A stretch of DNA of 64,000 bases, from the NCBI GenBank assembly GCA_027452005.1, contig DAIDHF010000011.1:443-64442 (forward strand). Reading direction: 5' to 3'. This document shows, piece by piece, positions 49,483 through 59,914 of this stretch. The notes below the pieces were generated by a model that was given only the letters and a program-made list of their open reading frames with translations, made no database searches and was not told the DNA's origin. Made by a program: the position numbers and the translations under genes. Every line of letters starts with the position of its first letter. Within the stretch, counting starts at the first letter, position 1. Source of the DNA: Acidimicrobiales bacterium. Its GTDB lineage: Bacteria; Actinomycetota; Acidimicrobiia; Acidimicrobiales; JAKAVM01.

Positions 49483-49619
49483 GTATACCTTTCCTGGTAG
49501 ATCGACCTTGTTTGTCACGTAAGGGTAAATACTACATGAAGTTGCCCTCGTGCGCTTTTCACAACCAATATGTAGCATGTGGAAGCTATCGCGGTGATAG
49601 AACTAAGTTCGTATCAGAC

Positions 49620-50276
49620 ATGAACATTCAGAAAAAATCAGACAACTTCGATCGTCAGAACCAATCACTTCGGAGCCAACAGGCCCGAGAGGCTCAACAG
49701 ATGTGGGACTGCCGATTTGCCGAGTTCCCCTGGCCAGAGGAACCCGATAGGAAGTTAGTTGAGTTGGCCGGCGAACTTTCCCCTGGAACGTGTGTCGACC
49801 TGGGCTGTGGACCGGGCCGCAACGCAATCTGGTTGGCCTCACGAGGCTGGGCCGTAACTGGGGTCGATGCCTCAAGTGTTGGGCTCGACCAGGCCCAGAG
49901 TCGGGCTCGGGAAATAGGTGTGAGCCTGATAACTGTAAACCAAGACATCTTGGCTTACTCGCCCGACGAACCAGTGGACTTGGTCGTTGTTGCAAACATC
50001 CACCTAGTCGAGCCAGCTCGAACCGAGTTCTTTACTTTGTGTGCACAGATGCTCAAGAGTCAGGGACACCTATTTGTAACCGGACATCACTTGAAAGACT
50101 TGGGTCGAACCGGACCGCCAGATTCCGACAAGTTATATACAATAGAACGAATCCAGGACTCCGTTGCGGGCATTACAGAAATAGTCGAAATTATTGAGCT
50201 TGCCGAGCTGGTCAAGGAACCAGGACCAGACGGCTACAGTGAAACCGACGTTTATCTCTGGGCACGGCGACAATAA
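49620..50276 (+). CDS. Class I SAM-dependent methyltransferase
   Basis: Motif I 'CVDLGCGPGRNAIWLASRGWAVTGVDAS'. The start is set at ATG 49620, because the ORF-track extension from 49401 overlaps the divergent lipoprotein gene. Confidence 0.75.
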   Translation: MNIQKKSDNFDRQNQSLRSQQAREAQQMWDCRFAEFPWPEEPDRKLVELAGELSPGTCVDLGCGPGRNAIWLASRGWAVTGVDASSVGLDQAQSRAREIGVSLITVNQDILAYSPDEPVDLVVVANIHLVEPARTEFFTLCAQMLKSQGHLFVTGHHLKDLGRTGPPDSDKLYTIERIQDSVAGITEIVEIIELAELVKEPGPDGYSETDVYLWARRQ

Positions 50277-50475
50277 CTTATCGTCTTAGGTTATATCTGA
50301 ATACGGGTTCCGTAATCTCTAGTCCAATTAGGTAAGGGTTATTTCAATATTGCTGCCCACCTCGTGGCGACGATTATTGTTTTCCAGGTCAGTGCAGGAA
50401 ATTCTTACTTTTTACACGGAGTGCCATTAATATCGACTCCTCCGATGGACCTGGTTAGAGCGAATTCATCAAGTT

Positions 50476-52596
50476 TTATCCATCAGAGGACGTCACCTGC
50501 TGAAATAGTTTTATCTGATCGCCACCCCGGGACTTCGCCTGGCGCATCGCCAAGTCGGCATGGCCCAACAGTTCATCATAGCTGCGCCCGTGCTCTGGGA
50601 AGACCGCAACTCCGATACTTACAGAAACTGAAATGGTCGTCTCGAAATCTTGAAATGGACTCGAAAACGCCGAAACAATCTTCTTGGCAACAACTTGTGC
50701 GTCGTCTAGGTCTCGAATTTTGGGAAGGACAATAGCAAACTGGTCACCAGCTAGACGAGCTACGACATCTCCTCTCCGGACTGCTGAACGAAGTATTAGG
50801 CCAACCGCCCGAAGTACGTCGTCAGCGACCACGTGGCCAACTGAGTCATTTACTGAAGAAAAATTGTCCAAGTCAGCAAACAGCACCGCAGACTTGTGAT
50901 TTTCGCGCTCAGCATGAGAGAGGGCACGCACGATCTCATCTTGAAGAAGGCGGGTATTTGGTAGAGAGGTGATTGGATCATGCAAGGCCTCATACTCGAC
51001 CTTTTCAAGGAGCCGGGCGTTTCTAAGGGCAGGTGCTGCAATGTTTGCAACCCCGACCAGTTGATCTCTCACATTCCCGTCGGAGATAAGCCGAAGACTC
51101 GGCGGGAGATTGTCATGCCCAGGGCCGATTAGCAGAACCCCGAATAACTCTCCCTGAGAGATAATCGGGGAGATTATTGCCGAGCTGAGTTCGCCCATCG
51201 CCAAAAGCCCACCAAGGGCAACGTCAACATTATGAGACTCAACTGCAAATGGCTCGGGTGATTTGCACAGCCTGTAAGCTAGCTGGGGTGAGCGCATGGA
51301 CGGATAGAGCTTGCCGGGAGAGCCACCGAATACTTCTGTCGCCGTTGCGTAGCTTGAAAAATTCTCTAATTCGCTTGACCTGCGACAAGACCGGACAAAC
51401 ACCTGATCTTCTGGGATCCAAGAGATGAACGCAGCGGATACACAACCAAATATTCGGGCGATCGACTCGTTGAGAACCACACACACCTCTTGATGGCTTG
51501 TAGCCTGCGCCAGTCTAGTGGCCAGGTCAAGGGTAGAACCAAGTGCATTCGAGCGCTCGGTGAGCTCCTCCATGACTGCCGCAACTTCTAGTGCAGCAGC
51601 AGCGTGTCCGGCGTAGGCTTTTAGTTGTCTAAGTTCGTGAGGTAGAAATTTATATCCGGGTGGAAAGAACACGGCTAACCGACCAAAGTTATGTCGAGGT
51701 GAAGATACCTCCACGACTAGTCTTTCCTGGCATTCGACAGTAATATCGTGATCCAAGATTTCTGCCGCCCTCACTCGGGCTTCGGCCTCAGAAAATCCAA
51801 CTCTATGGATACGAAGTTCCCCATCTCCCGGGAGCCTGGCCACGAGTAGGTATTTTTGGCCTTGAGCCGCAGTGGAGGCCCTCACCGTTATGGTCTGGAG
51901 CACCGAGCTGATATCAGCCGTAGAAACTAAATCAGCAGAAGCTACCTCAAGTGATTCGACCCTGGAATTCAATGCCTTGATCTGATTTTTTAGATACTGA
52001 ATCTGACGGTCTGGATCACCCTCCAGTTCAAGAGCGTCCATCCACAGTACCCTATAGAGACACCGGCGGTCGCCTCTAGTCTGGCACTCAATCTCTATAA
52101 CGTCGGCCTCGTCTAACCCAAACAGGGTGGGGAGTCTTGTCAGAACCTGTGCCGTGTAGTCGCAAAATATTTTGTCACGCGTGATCGGGGGCATGGTGAT
52201 AGCTGACACAAGCGCGGAGTTGCCTGCGATCTCAACGGCTTCCATATCGGTCACGGTGGTAGATTTTGCCGCAATCTGAGACGCAAGTTTTATTGCATCG
52301 TGAGGCGAACTCATGGAAGTTAACAGTGAGGCAATTCCGGGAGAGTCTTTTGCGAGATCGAGTTCCCTGCCAGCCCACTTGCCTATTTCGTGATCATGCA
52401 TGACTAAGGCGGCAGCACTGAACAAAGAGTGAACCTGGTCATAAGAACTCCACTTGGAGGTGTCATTTAGTTCCTGGAGCGGGCGTGACTCCCCGGCTAG
52501 TTCTAGGGCTTCGGAAACTTTGTCATCGCCTCCAACCCTTGCCACGTATGCAAGCAAGGACTTGGTCATGATGTTTGAAAGTTGGCTCTCGCCCAC
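50476..52596 (-). CDS. Cytosolic sensor protein: N-terminal ligand-binding-type domain + GAF-like regions + degenerate GGDEF domain
   Basis: The C-terminal domain 'LFADLDNFSSVNDSVGHVVADDVL...RRGDVVARLAGDQFAIVL...SIGVAVFP' is a GGDEF fold. The signature reads AGDQF, and an RxxD I-site (RRGD) sits 5 residues upstream. No TM segments. Confidence 0.8.
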   Translation of the reverse strand: MGESQLSNIMTKSLLAYVARVGGDDKVSEALELAGESRPLQELNDTSKWSSYDQVHSLFSAAALVMHDHEIGKWAGRELDLAKDSPGIASLLTSMSSPHDAIKLASQIAAKSTTVTDMEAVEIAGNSALVSAITMPPITRDKIFCDYTAQVLTRLPTLFGLDEADVIEIECQTRGDRRCLYRVLWMDALELEGDPDRQIQYLKNQIKALNSRVESLEVASADLVSTADISSVLQTITVRASTAAQGQKYLLVARLPGDGELRIHRVGFSEAEARVRAAEILDHDITVECQERLVVEVSSPRHNFGRLAVFFPPGYKFLPHELRQLKAYAGHAAAALEVAAVMEELTERSNALGSTLDLATRLAQATSHQEVCVVLNESIARIFGCVSAAFISWIPEDQVFVRSCRRSSELENFSSYATATEVFGGSPGKLYPSMRSPQLAYRLCKSPEPFAVESHNVDVALGGLLAMGELSSAIISPIISQGELFGVLLIGPGHDNLPPSLRLISDGNVRDQLVGVANIAAPALRNARLLEKVEYEALHDPITSLPNTRLLQDEIVRALSHAERENHKSAVLFADLDNFSSVNDSVGHVVADDVLRAVGLILRSAVRRGDVVARLAGDQFAIVLPKIRDLDDAQVVAKKIVSAFSSPFQDFETTISVSVSIGVAVFPEHGRSYDELLGHADLAMRQAKSRGGDQIKLFQQVTSSDG

Positions 52597-52955
52597 TTAG
52601 AGTCGGCCTCCTCGGAAACTTGCCCGGAGACTTCGGTGTCCGGGTTCAAATCTCATGGTACACCCAACGCAAGAAGAATGGTATTAGAGTACCCCCTAAA
52701 TCAAAGAGATTTTGCTCTGCTCAGCCTCCTCTATTTCCGTAGTTTCGGACATTTTTGCTGGTCGAATTTCAACTCACCTGCTTGGTCCAGTATGGCTTAT
52801 TCACAGGCCTGCCTTTCTAAAGCGCACAGGAACGAGCAGGTCTTATAGCTAGACGTGCGTCGTCGGCCAGATACAACTAACTTTGCCTAGGTGGCAATAG
52901 GGCACTTTATATGGAGCCAACCAAGCCAAAGTGGACAAAGGTGGCTGGTAATTTC

Positions 52956-54278
52956 ATGAAAATTGGATTGTTGGGCTGTGGAAACGTTGGGCTAGCCCTT
53001 GTCCAGGCTATCGATCGAGATCGAGACAATATTCGAGAGAAGACCGGGGTGGATTTGGTGCTTTCGATGGTTGCCGTAAGAGATAAGGTCAAGGACCGCC
53101 CTGGGTTGCCAACCAGTACCAAGCTGACTGATGACCCGTTTTCAGTGGTTGGCGATCCAGACGTGGATCTGGTAGTTGAGCTGATCGGAGGACTAGATCC
53201 GGCCAGAGAACTCGTGTCTTCGGCCCTGCGAGCAGGCAAGCCGGTCGTAACAGGCAACAAGGAGCTACTAGCCGAATGCTGGACTGAGCTCTACCAGGTA
53301 GCCTTTGAGGGGGGGGTTGATCTGCTGTGCGAGGCCGCCGTGGCAGGAGCGATTCCGCTGGTCCGCGCCCTGAGAGAGTCCCTGGCTGGCGATCATATTA
53401 CGTCTCTAATGGGGATCGTAAACGGGACAACCAACTATATCTTGACTAGCATGTGCGAAAACGCAACCACATACGAAGCTGCTCTAGGCGAGGCACAGCG
53501 CCTCGGTTTTGCCGAGGCCAACCCGAGTGCGGATGTGGATGGTCACGACTCGGCGGCTAAGGCCGCGATCATGGCCACGATAGCTTTTGGGCAGGTCGTT
53601 AGAAAATCCGACGTCTACGTGGAGGGGATCTCAAAGATTGACTCCAAGGACTTTGCAATTATCGACCGTCTCGGGTACACGATCAAACTATTGGCCGTGG
53701 CAGAGGCTGGCTTAGGCCCGACCGACTCACGGGACCCTCAAGGTGGTCTTGACCGATCTAGAGACATATCGGTTCGGGTTGTTCCTGCCATGATACCCAA
53801 GGATCATCCCTTGAGCGGAGTGCGTGGATCCTTCAACGCGGTTTTTCTCAAGGGTGACCTGGTTGGAGAGATGATGCTTTATGGTCGCGGGGCTGGAGGA
53901 CCTCCGACCGCTGCGGCCGTGCTAGGAGACATTGTCGATGCTGCCCACAATCTAACCAAGAACAGTTCGGGAAGGATAAAACTGTCTCCTCCAGCCAGAC
54001 TGGTGGAGAACTCTCAACTTTCCTCGCAATTCTTCTTGTCCATTGACGTTGATGACAGGCCTGGTGTTTTAGCAATGGTTGCCGGGATATTTGGTGAAAA
54101 CAACGTGTCGATTAGGTCAATGGAACAACTAGGGCTTGGTTCTGAAGCACACCTGGTATTTCTGACCCACCGCGCACTTGAGATTGACCTTGCAAAGACT
54201 CTAGACCGGTTAACAGCAGCGGGTCCGGTGAAGAAAGTTGGTAATCTTCTAAGAGTTATGGACGACGACAACCTGTAA
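52956..54278 (+). CDS. hom: Homoserine dehydrogenase
   Basis: '[16 protein letters not shown]' Rossmann start, 'TGNKELLA', '[12 protein letters not shown]', and a C-terminal ACT-like region. The ORF track begins 45 nt earlier, at 52911. Confidence 0.9.
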   Translation: MKIGLLGCGNVGLALVQAIDRDRDNIREKTGVDLVLSMVAVRDKVKDRPGLPTSTKLTDDPFSVVGDPDVDLVVELIGGLDPARELVSSALRAGKPVVTGNKELLAECWTELYQVAFEGGVDLLCEAAVAGAIPLVRALRESLAGDHITSLMGIVNGTTNYILTSMCENATTYEAALGEAQRLGFAEANPSADVDGHDSAAKAAIMATIAFGQVVRKSDVYVEGISKIDSKDFAIIDRLGYTIKLLAVAEAGLGPTDSRDPQGGLDRSRDISVRVVPAMIPKDHPLSGVRGSFNAVFLKGDLVGEMMLYGRGAGGPPTAAAVLGDIVDAAHNLTKNSSGRIKLSPPARLVENSQLSSQFFLSIDVDDRPGVLAMVAGIFGENNVSIRSMEQLGLGSEAHLVFLTHRALEIDLAKTLDRLTAAGPVKKVGNLLRVMDDDNL

Positions 54279-55318
54279 TGCGCGCTTGGAAGGGAATCAT
54301 TCAAGAGTACCGGGAATTTTTGCCGGTAGAAGAAAGTGATCACGTTGTAACCCTCTTAGAGGGTGGGACACCCTTGATTGCGGCTCCTAGACTATCGGAC
54401 CGGGTCGGGGCCAACGTGTACCTGAAATTTGAAGGGCTAAATCCCACTGGATCTTTCAAAGATCGAGGGATGACCATGGCGATGACTCAAGCCCTCAACA
54501 GTGGGTCCCATGCCGTGGTGTGCGCATCTACTGGCAACACGTCGGCTTCAGCTGCGGCCTATGCGGCCCGTGCCGGATTGACCTGTCTGGTAATTATTCC
54601 GCAAGGTCATATTGCCCTGGGTAAGTTGGCCCAGGCACTCATACACGGGGCTAAGGTCCTACAGCTACGTGGGAACTTCGACCAGGCGCTAAACATAGTT
54701 CGAGAGCTAGCGGCCAAAGAACCCATTACCGTGGTAAACTCGATCAACCCATACCGACTTGAGGGCCAGAAGACGGGCTCGTTTGAGATCGTAGATGTAT
54801 TGGGCGACAGCCCCGACTATCACTTTATCCCGGTAGGCAATGCAGGAAATATCACCGCATATTGGACCGGATACAAGGAGTATCAAAGTAAGGGACTGGC
54901 AAAAAAACTTCCAAAGATGTGTGGATTTCAAGCTGCCGGGGCTGCGCCAATTGTACTTGGATATCCAATAGAAAACCCTGAAACCGTGGCCACGGCCATT
55001 AGGATCGGCAATCCGGCCTCTTGGGGTGGGGCTACAGAAGCCGCTCAGCAGTCCGGAGGGATGATTGAACTGGTCCGTGACGACGAGATCTTAGAGGCTT
55101 ATCGATTCCTCGCCACCCAAGAGTCAGTTTTTTGCGAGCCAGCCTCGGCAGCCAGTGTAGCCGGACTGCTCAAGGTCGGAGTAGAGCCCGGTACGACGGT
55201 GGTTTGCGTGCTCACCGGACACGGACTCAAGGATCCCGATATAGCCATTAGTCAAATTGAACCCCCTAAGGTGGTTGAGGCGACCCTTTCAGCCGTCTTG
55301 GAAGAAATGCAGGTCTGA
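54278..55318 (+). CDS. thrC: Threonine synthase
   Basis: '[18 protein letters not shown]' contains the PLP lysine, and '[16 protein letters not shown]' is also present. The start overlaps the hom stop (TAATG). Confidence 0.9.
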   Translation: MRAWKGIIQEYREFLPVEESDHVVTLLEGGTPLIAAPRLSDRVGANVYLKFEGLNPTGSFKDRGMTMAMTQALNSGSHAVVCASTGNTSASAAAYAARAGLTCLVIIPQGHIALGKLAQALIHGAKVLQLRGNFDQALNIVRELAAKEPITVVNSINPYRLEGQKTGSFEIVDVLGDSPDYHFIPVGNAGNITAYWTGYKEYQSKGLAKKLPKMCGFQAAGAAPIVLGYPIENPETVATAIRIGNPASWGGATEAAQQSGGMIELVRDDEILEAYRFLATQESVFCEPASAASVAGLLKVGVEPGTTVVCVLTGHGLKDPDIAISQIEPPKVVEATLSAVLEEMQV

Positions 55319-55695
55319 CTGCGGTTTTCCACAATGCTCGAACAGATTTGTGATTCCCTACAAGGCGAAAGGCCCCCTTCATTTAGATGGGGGAGGATTC
55401 AATAAATCTCAGTTTGCCAAAGTTGGCAGTGTAAAATAGGATAGCAAGTGCACGGTTGAGCTTGAAACAAGACGTATCATTTGAGTTCAAATCACCAACC
55501 TGTCACGCAAACACATGACTCTGTGGCAGAGTTACCTTGAGATATTCTGTCAAATTGCCGGTCGCTGCTGACGGTGCCCCACGTGACTCGGGAGCGGGAA
55601 TCAAACCTACTGCGAGATATACGTAAGTAGTTGTAAAGCTCTTGGTTCACTCAACTTAGGTTCGTGGGAAATATAATAAAAAGTGAGGTATTCAA

Positions 55696-57366
55696 TTGAG
55701 TCCTGAACAGCAACTTGATCGTTCTGTCTTAGAACGCAAGTCACGAGATGAGCTTCAAGCAATTGCTAATGCTATGTCGGTAAAAGTCGCCACGCGCCAC
55801 ACCAAGTCCGATATCATCTCGAACATTCTCTCTGGCGCAGAGTCAAATGGTTCTAGTGGGGCACCTGCCAAATCTTCGGCTGATAGTAGCTTGCCAACCA
55901 ACGGTGCTTCCAACGGGAAAGCCCCCAATGACACAAAAGTTATTAGATCCTCTGCGACAGCTGTTGAACTAGAGGGAGATTCTACGTCGAACAGTTCACA
56001 GGCATCGGGGAGTTCTAGTTCTCAAAGGGCTCAACGAGAGTCCAATGGGTCCCACGGAGATAGAACCTCTCAAGAGTCGGGATTTGGGCAGAGTGGCGGT
56101 GGATCTGGACAGGGCCACCAACAAGCCGACGGGTCTAATAGGAAGTCACGACGACGCCGTGGCCGAGATCGTGGTCCGCGAGAGGGTCAGGGTTCAGGTA
56201 GTCCCGAGGTACCCTTTACGGGTGAACTAGTAGATGTTGAGGGCTACCTTGACCTTAGAGACGAGGGTTACGGGTTTCTTAGAACCAGGGCTTTCCTTCC
56301 TAGTTCTGACGACGTGTACGTTTCAATTAGCCAGGTGAGAAAATTTGGGCTGCGCAAAGGGGACTTGATTCAAGGCGCCTGTAGGCCGGCAGCATCCAAT
56401 GAGAAGTATCCTGCCCTACTAAGGGTTGACAAGATAAGTGGGCTTGATCCAGATGAGGCGCTAGGTCGCCCTAGATTCGAAGATCTAACTCCACTATTTC
56501 CCGATGAAAAGCTCAAGTTAGAGATGCGGGGCGATCCAAACAACATGACGTCTCGCATTGTTGACCTGCTAAGTCCCATTGGCAAGGGACAGCGTGGACT
56601 TATTGTGTCACCCCCTAAAGCTGGTAAGACGACTGTTCTCAAGCAGATCGCTCAGTCTATAGAGGCTAATAATCCCGAGGTTCATCTCATGGTTCTCCTG
56701 GTAGACGAGCGTCCGGAAGAAGTTACCGACATGAGGCGGTCGGTAAAAGGAGAGGTAGTTGCCTCGACGTTTGACCGACCAACCGAGGAGCACACCGCTG
56801 TAGCTGAACTTGCAATTGAGAAAGCTCGAAGGTTGGTGGAGACCGGGCGGGACGTGGTTATTATTCTCGACGGGATTACCCGACTAGCTAGGGCCTACAA
56901 CCTAGCCCAACCGGCTACCGGGCGAATCATGTCTGGTGGGGTTGACTCTGGGGCCCTTTATCCACCCAAGAAGTTCTTTGGGTCCGCCAGAAACATAGAG
57001 GAAGGTGGATCTCTAACTATCTTGGCCACCGCTCTCGTCGAAACTGGGTCAAAGATGGATGAGGTTATCTTTGAGGAGTTCAAGGGTACTGGCAACATGG
57101 AACTTCGCTTAGATCGAAGGCTTGCTGAGCGCAGGTTGTATCCGGCTATCGACGTCAATGCCTCGTCAACCCGGCACGAGGAACTCCTATTTGACCGTTC
57201 TCAGCTCCAGCAGGTCTGGAAGTTACGACGGGTCTTAAACGCCCTGGCCCAAGACGGAACAAACGCCCCCGGTCTTGAATTGCTAATGGATAAGATGAAG
57301 TCAACGGTGTCCAACGACGAGTTCTTGGCCGATATTGCAAAGGGACCTTCACCGTCCAATACCTAG
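55696..57366 (+). CDS. rho: Transcription termination factor Rho with an actinobacterial-type Ser/Gly/Arg-rich N-terminal insertion
   Basis: Rho_N '[18 protein letters not shown]', low-complexity insert '[34 protein letters not shown]', Walker A '[11 protein letters not shown]', and '[15 protein letters not shown]'. TTG start. Confidence 0.95.
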   Translation: MSPEQQLDRSVLERKSRDELQAIANAMSVKVATRHTKSDIISNILSGAESNGSSGAPAKSSADSSLPTNGASNGKAPNDTKVIRSSATAVELEGDSTSNSSQASGSSSSQRAQRESNGSHGDRTSQESGFGQSGGGSGQGHQQADGSNRKSRRRRGRDRGPREGQGSGSPEVPFTGELVDVEGYLDLRDEGYGFLRTRAFLPSSDDVYVSISQVRKFGLRKGDLIQGACRPAASNEKYPALLRVDKISGLDPDEALGRPRFEDLTPLFPDEKLKLEMRGDPNNMTSRIVDLLSPIGKGQRGLIVSPPKAGKTTVLKQIAQSIEANNPEVHLMVLLVDERPEEVTDMRRSVKGEVVASTFDRPTEEHTAVAELAIEKARRLVETGRDVVIILDGITRLARAYNLAQPATGRIMSGGVDSGALYPPKKFFGSARNIEEGGSLTILATALVETGSKMDEVIFEEFKGTGNMELRLDRRLAERRLYPAIDVNASSTRHEELLFDRSQLQQVWKLRRVLNALAQDGTNAPGLELLMDKMKSTVSNDEFLADIAKGPSPSNT

Positions 57367-57397
57367 GGTTTTGAACCCTGCCGAAGCGTTGGTTCCC

Positions 57398-58591
57398 TTA
57401 GAAAGTTACCCGTATCCTCCACAGTGATCTAGTGCCTGATCCGTCTCGCGTACTTACCTCAAAGCTGCCCGAGTGAGCCTGGGCCCTGGTCCTAGCATTA
57501 CGATGCCCATTCCCAATTTCGTGATCGGAACTGAAACCTCTTCCATTATCAGTGATCTCGAGACACATATGGTCTTCGACTACATAGATTGACATAGTGC
57601 ACTCGTCAGCATGTGCGTGGCGGGCAACGTTTGATAGAAGCTCCCGGGTGACTGAGACCAGGTCATCAAAGCTACCCTCGTCAAGTAATTCGAGATTGAA
57701 CTCGACATTCACGCTCGGAACTATTCCAGATAATCTGGCAAACTCAGCTGCAAGACCGAGTACTTTATTGTGGCGTTGGCCCAATATCTTGTGACCGTAC
57801 TCAAGACCAAAAATTACCCCGCGAAGCTCTCTTATGGCTGTGTTTAGATGGTGCACGCAGGTGTTGAGTTTACTCTCAAGTTCCTCGTCTATATTTTGAC
57901 TCTTGGCATCTTGAAGGATGATTAGGGTGGCAAATATCCTCTGCAAGACAGTATCGTGAAGATCTCTGGCAAGATCTTCTTGTGAGAGTACTGATTCTAG
58001 TTTGGTGTGGGCCGTGGCGCTCTGGCTGGAACTTTCTTGTTCAGCAAGACTGGACCGAATCTCTTGCGGGAGGGGGTCTTCAGGGATACTCTCAAGACCA
58101 ACTCGGACTATGGCATCGAAAGTGACCTCGGCAAGCCTCTCAACTATATCAACTTGATCTTGGGTTGTTACATGCTGGTCTGCCCAGTAGATACCTATTG
58201 CACCTATAGGGTCAGCTCTATTTATTGGCACCATGAGTAAGCTTCGAACAAAGGTTGGCCTGTAAGCATCCACCGGAACGCGAGAATCTTCGAAGATATT
58301 TGGAATAGAAGTGGACTGCCTGTTCAACATAGCCCAACCACTAATGCAGTTCACAATTGGGAAGCGTTGGCCTTTCCAGAGAGGGCTGATTGCGTCCTCG
58401 TCAACATAAAAGCACTGGTCTTGGTCCCGTAATACAAAGGCCGCCCCATCAGCCTCGCACAACCTCCGGGCGGCGGTTCGAACAATCTCTTGAACCCTCG
58501 AATGGCTATTCGCCTCGGCTAAGAGCTGACTAGTATTTTTGAAAAATGATTCGATATTTTCTCGATTAGTGGTGGGATTGTCTCTTGTCAC
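57398..58591 (-). CDS. Cytosolic GAF-domain sensor histidine kinase (HisKA_3 / NarL-partner type)
   Basis: H-box 'LARDLHDTVLQRIFA' and N-box 'LLSNVARHAHA'. It also has 'ITDNGRGF'. The N-terminal GAF-like region has no TM helices. 4-nt overlap with the upstream response regulator gene. Confidence 0.85.
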   Translation of the reverse strand: MTRDNPTTNRENIESFFKNTSQLLAEANSHSRVQEIVRTAARRLCEADGAAFVLRDQDQCFYVDEDAISPLWKGQRFPIVNCISGWAMLNRQSTSIPNIFEDSRVPVDAYRPTFVRSLLMVPINRADPIGAIGIYWADQHVTTQDQVDIVERLAEVTFDAIVRVGLESIPEDPLPQEIRSSLAEQESSSQSATAHTKLESVLSQEDLARDLHDTVLQRIFATLIILQDAKSQNIDEELESKLNTCVHHLNTAIRELRGVIFGLEYGHKILGQRHNKVLGLAAEFARLSGIVPSVNVEFNLELLDEGSFDDLVSVTRELLSNVARHAHADECTMSIYVVEDHMCLEITDNGRGFSSDHEIGNGHRNARTRAQAHSGSFEVSTRDGSGTRSLWRIRVTF

Positions 58592-59259
58592 GGTGACTCG
58601 ATGATACGCTCCCGGATTGCAATGGATACGGCCTCTAGTTGAGAGTGTGCCTGGAGTTTCACCAGTATATTTTGTATATGGTTTCGGACGGTGTGTTGAC
58701 TTAGAACCAACTTGTCAGCGATCTGTCGGGTTGTTTGCCCTTGGGACAAGAGTACCAGGACTTCCCTTTCTCGTTCAGTCATGTCAGAGCCGAGTCCCTT
58801 ATACCCCCGTCTCATTCTCGGCAACAGTGTTTCTAAGAGTTCGGCGGGCATGTGAATGCCGCCTGAGTAAACCTTTCGGACAGCCACTAGTAGGTCACCA
58901 ACGGCCATGTCCTTGGTGATAAACCCAGTAAAACCAATGTCTACGGCATCCCCAAATACTCTAGTCTCTGCAGACCCAGTCAACATGAGTAGTTTTATAT
59001 CCGGGTTATCCTGTGAGATTGCCTTTGCAATATCCAACCCGTTTCCGTCAGGGAGGTGGTAGTCGATGATAGCCACGTCGGGTTTGGCCGACTCCGCAAG
59101 TTGAATTGCCTCGGATACTGACCCAGCAGTCCCTAGGAGTTCAAAATCATCTTTGTCTTTGAACATCGCGGCCAAGGTTTCTGCTACAAGTGCATGGTCG
59201 TCTACTATAACAACCCCAATCTTCCCTGCTAGCCCATTGTTGGACACCGAGCCTCCCAT
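58588..59259 (-). CDS. NarL/LuxR-family response regulator
   Basis: REC 'VVIVDDHALV...PDVAIIDYHLPDGNG' and LuxR HTH 'LTEREREVLVLLSQGQTTRQIADKLVLSQHTVRNHIQNILVKL'. Confidence 0.9.
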   Translation of the reverse strand: MGGSVSNNGLAGKIGVVIVDDHALVAETLAAMFKDKDDFELLGTAGSVSEAIQLAESAKPDVAIIDYHLPDGNGLDIAKAISQDNPDIKLLMLTGSAETRVFGDAVDIGFTGFITKDMAVGDLLVAVRKVYSGGIHMPAELLETLLPRMRRGYKGLGSDMTEREREVLVLLSQGQTTRQIADKLVLSQHTVRNHIQNILVKLQAHSQLEAVSIAIRERIIESP

Positions 59260-59543
59260 TCCGGACCTGGGTTACCCCTTGCCTCATAGACCTAAGATTC
59301 TCAAACTGATATAACGAGACTTGTCCGCCGAGCCGAACAAAATAAGTCAACGTGTCCGGTAATCCATCCCCCAAAACAGTCAACCGATAGAACTAGTGTA
59401 CAGAAATATATTCAAATGTAAATATATTTTCCAAGGATAGGAAAAAATGGCTATTTACCAGGCACGTCGTCCGATCAGTCTGCCTACGGCCCAGCTGGCC
59501 AGTTAGCCAAAATGCCGACTTTTCGATTAGAATTGGCAGGGTA

Positions 59544-59774
59544 ATGAAAGAAGGCATTCACCCTCACTACATAGAGGCCACCGTGACGTGTTCGTGTGGC
59601 AACTCTTTCACCACGCGCTCCACCAAAGATCTCCTGAAGGTGGAACTGTGCAATGAGTGCCACCCGTTTTATTCTGGCAAGCAAAAGCTCGTAGACACCG
59701 GCGGTCGCGTCGAGCGATTCCAGAAGCGATACGGTTCTAGAACTAAAAAACCAAAAGTCGCCCCAGGCGCTTAG
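59544..59774 (+). CDS. rpmE: 50S ribosomal protein L31 (Zn-binding type A)
   Basis: 'MKEGIHPHY...CSCGNSF...[13 protein letters not shown]'. Confidence 0.95.
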   Translation: MKEGIHPHYIEATVTCSCGNSFTTRSTKDLLKVELCNECHPFYSGKQKLVDTGGRVERFQKRYGSRTKKPKVAPGA

Positions 59775-59914
59775 TTAGTCGTTTTTAGTCCTCGTGAAAT
59801 GCCAGCGGTTGGTCGCGCCTGAAAGTCTAGTAAATGATAGTTTCAATTTTGACCGAGCCATTGTTGTCGAGGTCAAGTTCGACATAGTTTCGCCCTAGAG
59901 CTGATTGCTTAGAG

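Noticed and set aside
52600-52665. A hairpin CCCGGA-N10-TCCGGG followed by a GGTTCAAATC T-loop-like string, suggesting a tRNA or tRNA fragment between the GGDEF gene and hom.
   Set aside because: No complementary T-stem follows the loop (CTCAT instead of CCGGA). No acceptor or anticodon arms could be folded. At best it is a decayed fragment, more likely chance.
52907-53260. A 117-aa minus-strand ORF overlapping the 5' end of hom.
   Set aside because: It is a Ser/Thr/Pro-rich shadow ORF. The plus-strand frame has the canonical homoserine dehydrogenase Rossmann start.
55338-55352. CGAACAGATTTGTG downstream of thrC, which looks superficially like a Gram-positive LexA (Cheo) box, CGAAC-N4-GTTCG.
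   Set aside because: The second half-site (TTGTG) does not match GTTC, and no DNA-repair gene is adjacent.
57365-57379. A short hairpin AGGGTT-TTG-AACCCT overlapping the rho stop, considered as a bidirectional terminator between rho and the convergent kinase gene.
   Set aside because: It has only 6 bp with three G:C pairs, a 3-nt loop and no U-tract on either strand. That is too weak to call.
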